A DNA stretch of 64,000 nucleotides from Phoronis australis (taxonomy: Eukaryota > Animalia > Phoronida): NCBI GenBank assembly GCA_002633005.1, contig NMRA01000026.1, positions 1,198,710 to 1,262,709 of the forward strand, read 5' to 3'. Below, piece after piece: positions 54,301 through 64,000 of the stretch. Positions within the stretch are counted from its first letter, which is position 1, and every line of letters begins with the position of its first letter. The position numbers and the translations under genes were made by a program. Below the pieces are notes generated by a model. That model saw only the letters and a program-made list of their open reading frames with translations, did no database searches and had not been told where the DNA came from.

Positions 54301-57300
54301 TAACGGGTACAGCAGTAATCGGGTAGGTCCGAAACTTGTCGTCATCTGTCATCAGCCACATAGGAACACACCAGCCAATTTTCAATAAGATCTTGCAAGG
54401 GATTTAGGAGATACAACCGTGAATGTCGGACGACCAGACAGAGACGACGGCAATATGCACCCACACATGAATATTTGGGCGCATAATTATTCATAAATTC
54501 GCATTAATTCAAGATGTTTTTGTCTCACCTGAACTTGTGAGCATAAATTCCCAACACATTAAAAAAACCAGTATGCATACTACTAGGGTATTACCAGAAA
54601 ACAATTTCCACTTTGTAACATGAAACACAACAGTAACCGAACATTTTTGAAAGTACAAAAATGAACTCGAACCTTTTAAATCCTGCCATTTCAGTAACAA
54701 GCTTGTCAAGAATCTCCACCTGAAATATACCGATGTGCTTTTTTAATTTTGAATAATTGATTTATATCCATTCAAAAATGTCTTTCTTAAATTATGTCAA
54801 ATTCACAACAATCACCAATGTTTCTTACCAATCAGAAATAGAAATCAAGTGTCTCCAAATGGTTTTCAAAAAATGGTTTTCAAAAAATATTTTTTGCCTT
54901 AACAAAGGTATCTCGGCCCTCTTGATGACAAAGGTAAAATAGCTGTTATGCTGCTGACACCAGTTGGATAAACCATATGATAAAGTTGACACCTGGAGTG
55001 CAGTGAATAACATTTGTCTAGTTTATCACAAATTTGACAAGAGCAGACAAGATCACACAACAACAGGAGTAAATTCATTACTTTAATAGCATAAACTAAC
55101 AAAATTGTCACCAATGAAGTGAGCCGCAGAAAAGAAATGTTCAGTTGCACAAAACAACTCATTATTTCCATTGCATAAGACAAAAGATCTCACTACAGGT
55201 GACTACCGTTACACTATGTGCCCCAGCCCACATCAAGTGTCTTACTTTCTCTGAGTTCCCCTCAAACAGGGTGAGGAAGCTCGCCTGTGTGCCGGTTGTA
55301 CCTTTGACACCCCTGAACCTCAGATTGTCCCTGGCGTGCTGGACATTGTGGAGGTCCATAAGTAGGTCTTGTATCCACAGAGCGGCCCGCTTACCAACAG
55401 TGGTCAGTTGGGCTGGTCTGTAATGACACCAGAAATACACAACATGGAAACAAGAAAACCAGTGAATGTTCAAACTGAGAATTTAACATTCCAGAAATAA
55501 GTGACATAAATCTTAAGACACTTGCCATGAAACAAGCCCCAGTTAACAACCNATGTGAGCATGCGCATTCCACAGTCCATAGTTTCCTGTACATTTTTCT
55601 GATTTACAACATATGGCTGTGGTGAGTTGTTGCCGAGATATTTGAAAGTTTACGCAAGTTTTATCTTGGCTGGTGCCAAACGTGGTAAGATGACTGTTGA
55701 CCAGTTTCTTGAGGAAGTGTTCATGGACTCAGATAGTGAAAACAAGCTGGAATTGGCACTCAAAGTGACGGTGACAGTGACTGGGAAACTAATACAACAG
55801 TCACAAGTAATGCAGATTCTGTCGATTCGGATCTCAGTGCAATTTTGGAGGAGTTACCGGTCCCTGAAGCTGAACTTGGACGGGCCTACGACGATGCTTG
55901 GCTCGCGCCCTTCGTGCATGATGGAACTCATTCAGAACAATTTTGTGACTTTTTCACAGAATAGCTTTGTGTCCCCACCCGTGTTTCAAGTTTTTGCATA
56001 TCAAGGTGAACTTCAAAACAGACTTTAGCAAGCGACTGCACCACTCATAAATTGGTTATCGTGCAAAGTTGAGGTAGGCCCTATGTTATATACTGTACAT
56101 TCTTGTTTGTAGATGTGATGTTACAAACAATAAATCTACTTTATTAAACATGCAAATCCCATGAATTCCCTTTTAAAAATGCTTATTACGGTTTTTGAGT
56201 GTCAGCTATAATGTTCTCATGTGCGAAAACAGATAAAAACAAAGGGTGTCCAGTTTGAAAGTTAATATAATTATTCACAGCAAGACGATGGTAAAGATAT
56301 GTATATGGTGAAAAACTCCATTAAATTCTGAACAACTTTTGTGCAGACTACTTTTATGTGAAATTGACATTACCCCTTCAAATTTCCAATTTAAAAATGC
56401 TAGGTCATTAATCTGAGTGACCTTCATAACAGCCCAGTGCATAGCAGCAGTGGTGACCTACTTAGCTTAGCACACAGGGAAAGTTGTCTGAATAGAGGCT
56501 TAGCAGGATAAGGGTTAAAGAAGTTACATACAGACCATCGGTAAACTAAATTTTGGTTTAGACCACCTAATGCTACAAATCAGGTTGGAAATTGTTCCTT
56601 TCTTGGATTACGGGGGATTCCTGCAGTTGGCAAGAATTGACAGTTCACTATTGCATGAGATGAGACTCAACAAGTTGGCTTGTCATGGCATCTCATTTTA
56701 TGCGTAGAGTATGTTGTCAAGCACCAGCTAACTTTCAGTTCTCCCATAGCCTAGAAATCATTCCCCATCTGAGTAAGGAGCAATTGAAGCTGATTTGTTA
56801 CAATGATGTGGTCTAAATCAAAGGCTGTATTTTTGATGGCCAAAGACAGGCTTATTGACGCTTTTAATTGAAACATTCGACACTCGCCAGTGAGTGAAGC
56901 AGGACATCCCAAGGTGATAAGTCACATGACTAAAGTAGAGCTTAATGTAGCTTTTTGATACATGTCGAAGTGCACGCAGCTGAGCTGGGAATGAAACACA
57001 GTGGTGTTTTGCACTCGCTGATTTTTGGCTCCACAGGACTGAACACAGTAAGCTTTTCACATTACGTAACACTGTAAACAAAACAATGAAAAAGTGTGGA
57101 GTACCTTACAGTGATATTACTTAAAGAAAAACTGTATCTGTAAACTACTCTGCAAAGAAGCTTACTGCATGTGGGTGTATGCCAGACATGGAAGATACTT
57201 GTGATCATCAGCAAATACAGCCAATCTTTGAATACAGCGGGCAATCTGAAAGGAGTTTGGAAACAGTACAGGTGATTGTACAATGAAAACGGTTTTGACT

Positions 57301-58776
57301 TGAACTCAGAAGTTTATTTTGTGTGAATGCTACATGACAAAGCGGGACACGGAGGTACGCTTTTATGCTTCAAAACCCTTTAGCGTATTGAAAGCAGAAA
57401 GCACAATTGAGTTACCAAAAGACCTTGTGTCAGCCAAAAAAACAGCATGCATTCATCAATATGACTCGAGTACGAGATTGTCTTCAGCTGTCTGATATTA
57501 GCATGCTGAAGCGACGATAAAAGTGGGAAGTTGGTAGCATGCAATTTTGATCCCATTACAAGTTTTATGACCTTACACGTTTATACAGCTCAATAACGTC
57601 CAGGTCTATGTCTATTAAGCGATAATGAGCCATGTTTTCTGTCACAAAAAGAGTTTTGGTTTACGTCCCTTATAATAATGAAATCGGTCTCAAATTTTTC
57701 GGTAGTCAAAATAAGTTTGATTTCTGGGCTTGGAAAGAGCTAACAGCGCATTATTTCAGACCATGTTCTTCCTGAACTAACAGTGTGTTATTTCAGACCA
57801 AGTTCTTCCTGAACCCACAGATCACTTCTAAACTGAGAAAGGAACAAGAAGACCAATTTTTTTAATAGTAAGTGGCTTAAAACAAAACTTCCCTTTGACA
57901 GAAAGCGTGGGTCTAACGCTACTTTAAAGAATGTTCTTGCTTTGTTATTACTTTAAGTGTCACTAGTACAGTCAAAGGAATCAGTTCACGTGAAATCAAG
58001 GATACAAAAGATGTTAACAAGCTGTATACATACCTTAGGTAAAATAATATCAAATGCATCCCTCATAACAATCAAGTCCTGAAACAATTACAACGGAGGG
58101 TATATTAATGCAAAGTAACATTCACTGTAAGCAAGACTAAACAGAAAACTTCAAAATCAGATTAGCAAAAGATATTTTGAAAAGATTTTTCAATATCTAA
58201 GTAATATATTTTACAACTATTAAATAATGTAGTTATTATTTTTTTAAATAAATCTTTACATTACAATTGATGATGTCCTAATTTAGAGTTTTTCACATGT
58301 TTGGCTTTCGTTTCTGGTATTTCTCCACACAAACACTATAAACTAAAAGTCCAATTTAGAGTAAGAGCAAAAAATTGGAATTTTAGTTTTGCAAATTTTG
58401 TTAAATTTGTGCTGGGAAAACAATTAAGAAAGTTTTATTTCAATGAAAAGTAGTCAATAGTCACACAGGGTCCTGCAGTCTAAGCACCAGTTTACTTCAC
58501 TGAGTAGCCGGCATCACACTGGTTCTCAAAATCCGTAACCCCTTTAAGTGACTATTTCCAAAAAGTCTGTACCGTGTTATCTCCTACATAGCAGGAAGTG
58601 GCACCCAGGTGTATGATGGGAGCCGCCTTTGGGCAACACACGCCAAATGTATACACGTGAGCCATAACATCATGCCTTCGTTTCTTCTCCTCGATGGCAG
58701 CTCGCTCAAAATCTATGTTGTCTAAGTTGGCTTCCATCTCTGCAATTTGTTCTTGACTGATGTCCAAACCCAAAGT
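48391..58776 (-). CDS. ADSL: Adenylosuccinate lyase; 5'-partial, 10 coding exons in window
   Basis: Exons 58776-58573, 58078-58034, 57245-57166, 55417-55246, 54719-54673, 51933-51773, 50302-50155, 49816-49726, 49199-48933, 48477-48391 (1302 nt, in phase). Motifs [46 protein letters not shown], the fumarase-family signature [11 protein letters not shown], and [10 protein letters not shown]. Confidence 0.96.
51310..51635 (-). mobile_element. Fragment of the Helentron-like core repeat (about 3 units)
   Basis: GCCACCAGGGGATG (51322), GCCACTAGAGGCGCC (51461) and CACTAAGGGGCAC (51620), with flanks resembling 53490-54300. Confidence 0.55.
52188..52414 (-). mobile_element. Short, older relative of hAT-like MITE family 1
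   Basis: Degenerate left TIR CCGCGCTTCGAGTGATCAATGG and right TIR AATTCCAAGCCCTG; flanks AACTGT/CACTGC; similar to 53091-53330. Confidence 0.6.
53014..54487 (-). mobile_element. Full-length Helentron/DINE-like element with 7 core repeats
   Basis: On the minus strand: 5' ATGCGCCCAAATAT..GTGGGTGCAT hairpin and GTCY tract; 3' subterminal GTGGGCGCAT followed by CAATGCTCCTCGTTG hairpin and TCTTGTTTT; no TSD, T-rich flanks. Confidence 0.75.
53091..53330 (-). mobile_element. Short hAT-like MITE (family 1 TIRs) nested in the Helentron-like element, 6-bp TSD
   Basis: GAGAGCTTGGAATGACCAATGACAAAAAAC...AATTCCAAGCCCTG flanked by CTTTAG on both sides. Confidence 0.82.
55553..56514 (+). mobile_element. 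Internally deleted piggyBac-type element; left end lost at the N
   Basis: Ends GGATAAGGG followed by TTAA (56515-56518). Contains an acidic transposase-like N-terminus ([17 protein letters not shown]; SDGDSDWE after a frameshift) joined to the Cys-rich tail [13 protein letters not shown] (~55962-56000). Confidence 0.65.
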
Positions 58777-58859
58777 CTGGAAATATGTTAATATTTAAAT
58801 AGGAATGTTTTCAAGTGAAATTAATGTATTTTTATTATCAAGGATCAATATTACCCTTA

Positions 58860-59225
58860 CCCAAGGTTAGTCAAACTTTAGTCAAATACTAGTCATATAT
58901 TAGTCAGAGTAAAGAACCAGTTTAGTCATGAATAAAATGCGACTAAGGATTTTCCATGACACGTTTAAATGGATTTAGTCATCTTTTAGTCACTTCATTG
59001 GTATAACTGGGATGCACTAAAGCTCTAATCAATTGCTAAAAAGCCTTCAGCTCTAGTCAAGACTAATGCTCTAAACATGGCTAAAGCTGAAGGCTTTTAA
59101 TCATTGACTACAGTTTAAGTACATCTCAATGGTGCATTTGAAGTGACTAGAAGGTTAGTCATGACTAGCAGCTTAGTCATGAAAACTAGAGTTGTAGACA
59201 TAATGTGACTAGAAATTTAGTCACA
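58860..59225. repeat. TTAGTCA/TGACTA-rich low-complexity palindromic element
   Basis: Many TAGTC/GACTA units; central hairpin AAAAGCCTTCAGCT...AGCTGAAGGCTTTT with extended imperfect arms (~59008-59126). Confidence 0.55.
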
Positions 59226-59489
59226 AAGTATGTTCCAAATGAATGCAGTTTGCATTATATTGAAGTACAACTGATACGTCTAAGAGCTGTTTGTTAATAC
59301 AAGAAGAACCAAAAATCAACTCATAGAATATGGCAATTACAGCATTAGAAGAGAGAATATGTCATACACACAAACACAGAAGATCTGCTTAAAACTCCCA
59401 TTACAAAGTATAAAAGTTAACTTCAACAAAATCAGTCAGGAGCAGGAGACTTTTTCTGTCATGCACACACCAAAATCTTCCAACGTAAT

Positions 59490-59797
59490 GGCTAAGATAG
59501 CATCATCTCACTAATAAATGCCTCTATATCAAATTTTATGAAAATCAGTTGAGAACCTTTGAAGATACAGAGGTAAGCGTAAAAATACTAAAACTGCTGC
59601 TAGAGAACACTCCGACAGTCGGATCCATCCGAAAGTTCGCTCATGACGTCCCATCCATGAAAGGGACACATGTGCAAAATTTCATGAACACACATCAAAG
59701 GGTTTTAAAGATAGAGCAGCGGACGCCAGACAGATGGACGGACAGACAGAGATGACGGAATAATGCGTCCTCACATAAATATGTGGGCGCATAATAA
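59490..59797 (-). mobile_element. Helentron/DINE-like element, 5' portion
   Basis: GGACGCCAGACAGATGGACGGACAGACAGAGATGAC...CACATAAATATGTGGGCGCATAA is the reverse complement of the 9586 start; core units are homologous to 9660-9890. Confidence 0.7.
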
Positions 59798-61089
59798 AAT
59801 TGCTTGTTTTCATAAAAGTACCATTATCAAAACAAGTGAAAAGTATCATAGCATCAAGCCAAGAATAAAACAAAACATGCATAGTTTAGACCATAATTGG
59901 GAAGAATGAAAATTTGAATTTGCAAGTTTGAAAGACCACTTTCAACAAACAATACTCAGCAGTGTCATGACAGCGAAATTAGAATTTCAAGAATATTATT
60001 CGTTTAGAAGATCAGTATTAGAAATGGATTAATTATGATGCTCGGTTTCCTGCAGTACTAGCTTTATGGATTAGAGTGAAAGATGTGATCTTTTTATCTT
60101 AGGATTACCTTAAGTTTGCCAACTGATTACAAGATATTGATAGATGTAATCGAGGATTTTCTTGCTTTCCTAAAACACGAGTTTGAAATTGAAACCGTAA
60201 TGAGTGTAAATTGCACCAGAGTTCAAATTAAAATATCCTAGAATCAAAGCCCAGCAGTGGAACCTAATAATGCATAAAAGACTCGCTCTAATATATTCTT
60301 CTACATGTACGCCATCAATGTACAGTGTTTTGCAAAATTTTGCAAATCTAAGGGCATGCTGGTAAGCTTAAAAAAACTTAGGTGGTTGTTTTCAGAAATA
60401 ACGGTCCCCTAAGACGACATGAGCAATGGTTCTTCAATGGAATTTCAGTAGTAGAAAGTACCTTGCATTGCTAATAAACTCAACAATTTTGTGAACTATG
60501 GCTACTAAAAAGTCAATTCACACTAATAAACCAGCCAGTGCAATTTGTAAATAGCTGACTTTCGAAAGAGCCACGTCATATTGAAATTCACAAATCTGCC
60601 AGATGCTGATCAAGTCTTTGGTGGACAGGCATTCAGCGCCACCTACAGATCCCATGCAATGCGAACGGGAGGTATTAACCTTTAGAATGGTATCAACAAC
60701 ATTTTAACACCTTCCCTGCTACCACAATGCCTGCAAATATTCACTGACGTATGGTGGGATGTATACTAACGGCTTACAGAAAAAGGGAAACCTCATGAAA
60801 TATCCATAGATGAAGGACATCATGTCCCATACATTTTCCACTGCAATGAAGAATCTGCAGCTACATAGTTGATGGCTGATAAAGCGGTAGAATTTCGATC
60901 CCTTCCATTGCTAAAAAGCTAAAAATCAACTAGTGAACTTAACCTAATCAAACAATAGAAGAGGTTGTCAATGGAACTTACTCCTCTGTTTTTAAATTAA
61001 TAAATCACCATGTGCAGCAGTAAATTTCTGTCCACCAAATCTGAGTCAGAATCAAACAGAAGTAGCTTTCTCGCTCTCATTACTCAAAA

Positions 61090-61900
61090 GAGCGCCAATA
61101 TGGAAAGTCCCAGGAAAGCAAAGTTGTCACGATTTACCTCCGTCAATACCCTTTCATCTGTTGGACAGAATAGTTTACCCCACTTAGTGTTTATGATGCA
61201 GAAATATAAGGCTTCAAGAAATATGAACAAATTGAAAACTGTACATACCAAGCTTTGTAAACATGTTTTAGTATTAAACAGCAGTTGAAGGGGAATGTGG
61301 AAGATACCCCTTGTAAACTAAATATGTTGTCCCATGTAAAGTACTGGTTCAAAATACTAGGATTCCTCAGTAATCCTGGGGTAAAGGCAACATAAGATTT
61401 TGCTTTATCAATCATATTTGACTGACAGATCTTCGTGATTAGGCAAGCTTTGTAGGGTAACTGTCAGTGTACCACTTCTTAGATGTTTGGATTAGCCAAG
61501 GTGCAGCAAAGTATGCGTACTTCTTAATAGCGTTTTCCCAGCGTGTGAACAATTGCTATCTACAAGGCTGGCAATCAGATATTAAATGTAACTCGCAACT
61601 TTCTTACTATACGAGATTCAAAACAACATATTTTCTAGAGAATTATTTAGAAATATTATCTCATGTTTACGTATGCAGTCGCTGACTCTACAGCGGTGCT
61701 CAAACTATCCTTTTCCTGTGGATAGAGGTCGCCACACATATATTCCTTATCAAAATAGGTTGTGTGATTTGGGTTTTGTGGAAGAAGAAAATCACTCTGT
61801 TAGTGTGCAGTGCATACCAAGGTCTTTAGGTACAATACTTAAGTGGTCGCTTTTGTCATTCTCTCCCATTACTTAAATTTTAATTTCTCGACAGCACTCC
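61090..61900 (+). mobile_element. Decayed 3' end of a non-LTR retrotransposon ORF2 (L2/CR1 group) in ADSL intron 1
   Basis: Frameshifted post-RT motifs in order: FHLLDRIV..YDAEI, VHTKLCKHVL, GECGRYPL, KYWFKIL, DVWISQG..FSQRVNNCYLQGW, YYTRFK..LENYL, RCSNYPFPVDRGRH..IPYQNRLC..EEENH. Confidence 0.8.
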
Positions 61901-63299
61901 TGATATTTTACTTCAGAAATCCATCCACTATGCCCTCAAGTATCACAATTTACTGTCTACTAGTAGTTTGTACCACACTTGACAATTTATTAATTTGCAT
62001 TTGTTATATATTGAGCCAATGGCCATGTTTATAAATGCCAATCAAACTCATATTAACAATATTTCATATAGTAAGTGGAATGAACTTAGAATTCAATTAA
62101 TTTTCATTCAAAAGATGAGGGTTTAGAGCTTAGAGACAACTGATGCACCAAGTAAAGGCCTTACTGGCTATGACAATTTCAGAATCTAGACACTTGGCAT
62201 GTCCTCTTAAGTTTGACACCTGGAAGAGACATGAACAGGTTTTGGTCTCATTGCCATTGTTGTTGCAGTTTGTAAATACGTGCTGCACATGTCAAAAGTA
62301 TTCAGACAAAATTACCCAGAATTCCCCACCATGACAGCTGGGCGGAAACCAAATTAATCATGGTAATCTTCCTTCATGACCGGGAATGACCAGGAATTAC
62401 AAGACAGTTAGTAAGGTTGCTAAGTCATTCTCTAATTAGAATATTGATGCCACATTAGTCACCACCAGCTTATTTTAGTTTTGAACAGAAATGCCTGTCA
62501 TTGTGGACAAACAGTTGACTTAGCCTGGTTACTTTTGCCATATATTGTATACCCTAGGGCAGCAGACTTGCACCTGCCATAAAGCCGACAAATTCCCAGC
62601 TGTTTGTCAAGCGCAGCACAGTATTACTAATATGATGGCCAACAGGCATCAACGAGGCAGCACCTGATTGTCTAGAGGCCGGCAAAGAAAAGGCCAGCCA
62701 CTTAGTCAAGGGATCATACAATAGCCATCCAGTGCTACCCTCCATGTGTCTGGGTGTCGCTCAGGAACTTTACATTTGTACTGAAAGATTACACATCAAA
62801 ACGTATCATTCAAGGTTGGCATTAATGCCGTCACTATCCGTCACTGAAATACGCAATTACATTGAAAAGGACGCAATTTTCCGCGAACCGGTGCGTCCAG
62901 GGGTGACGCAATTACTATCTCAACGAAACGAACCTCAGCTAAGTCAAAATTTGTTTATTTTTGCATTCAGTGAGTTTTACAACTTCGTCAGCAAAAAACT
63001 CTTTGTTCGGGCTTCCTCTAGTGTGACGCAGACAACTGATGCCACTGAAAGGTAAAATTCCAATGATTTAATTGGTCAACCCAGTCCCGTGAGACATCAC
63101 CAGTCAACACACAGTGACCAGACGATAATTCATGAGACTCATACTAGTCAAGCCGATTGCCTTATAAGGAGTTTCATTGGCTGATCCAATATTTATTACG
63201 CCATTCACAACTCCTTATTTTAGGGGCAGGGCGCGAAGTTTGTGGTTTTGGAGGGAGTTCTGGTTGACATGCGCATTTAACTTATTCAGTCATGTCATC

Positions 63300-63950
63300 T
63301 GCTGTGCGAAGAAAATACTTCTTTACAAACCGAGAGATGCTCCAGATACAGGCGTTGACCCAGATTCTAGTACTATGGTACAAATAATCCAGATCCAGAT
63401 CATGGTAAAAACAGAATCCAGAAACACAAATACGCTTGAAATGAACAGGGGACATTTCAAAGTACCAGATTTTTGCTGACAACATCAAACAAAGGCATTT
63501 CTACATATATTCGCTCTAAATTTGAGTAAAGACGGTTATGAACAGGAAGAATGAGTTGGTGACAATTCCGAAAATACTGGAAATGGTATCGTTGCAAACG
63601 TTTGGTATTGTTGCAAACGTCTGCTGCACTCTTGAAATATTGGTTTCAACAAGCCATGATCTCCCATCCAAGTAAATGGAAACGTACGTGGATTCGTTTG
63701 TAGATACATAATTACAGATGGTAGATGAAACCATATGCTGTGCAATTCAATGAGATGAATTAATATTTATAGCTCATTGGTGCACTTTATACATACATGG
63801 TGGACGAAACCATAGATTCGTATGTTGTCGTGCAGTTCTGCAAGAATTCCGGTCGTGTAGTTATCCTGTTAGAAGTTCCATCGTTTTGACGTCAAATTCA
63901 TACAAACATTGCGAGGGTAGTGACCAAAAGAATGCAGTGCAAGTCATGAG
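63300..63950 (-). pseudogene. Possible GPCR-like pseudogene fragment
   Basis: N-glycosylation-site-rich stretch (NCT, NES, NIS, NDT), then ISSIFGIVTNSFFLFITVF (TM1-like) and FLDSVFTMIWIWIICTIVLE/xWVNAC (TM3/ERW-like) across frameshifts. Confidence 0.25.
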
Positions 63951-64000
63951 AATGACAGAAAAAATAGTAGATAGGCTCATTTGACAAGACTGCCTATGAT

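Noticed and set aside
53490-54310. Regularly spaced short motifs resembling a CRISPR array
   Set aside because: Eukaryotic intron, degenerate motifs, spacers homologous to one another, no cas genes.
58777-64000. ADSL exon 1 (expected SPLxSRYAS...WxxLW)
   Set aside because: Not found in the minus-strand sequence I read; presumed to lie beyond the window.

Overview
Eukaryotic (invertebrate animal-like), AT-rich genomic DNA with GT-AG spliced genes, so most ORF-track entries are noise. Three multi-exon genes were reconstructed by hand: eIF3d (+, 5' exon upstream of the window), an ETNPPL/PHYKPL-like PLP phospho-lyase (-, complete, 10 exons, 448 aa) and adenylosuccinate lyase (-, exon 1 beyond the window). 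Downstream of the ETNPPL-like gene, on the same strand, lie two single-exon CDSs: a LicD/fukutin-family phosphotransferase and a PI-PLC X-domain protein with an apparent transmembrane hairpin inserted inside its catalytic barrel. Introns carry many non-autonomous elements: a hAT-like MITE family with 6-bp TSDs, Helentron/DINE-like elements whose ~140-bp internal repeats each hold a CTCF-like motif, a THAP-remnant element, an internally deleted piggyBac, a long fold-back element and a decayed LINE 3' end. There are also probable GPCR pseudogene remnants. Two of the three N positions are flanked by near-identical duplications that look like haplotype or assembly overlaps. All family assignments come from motif recognition, not database searches.
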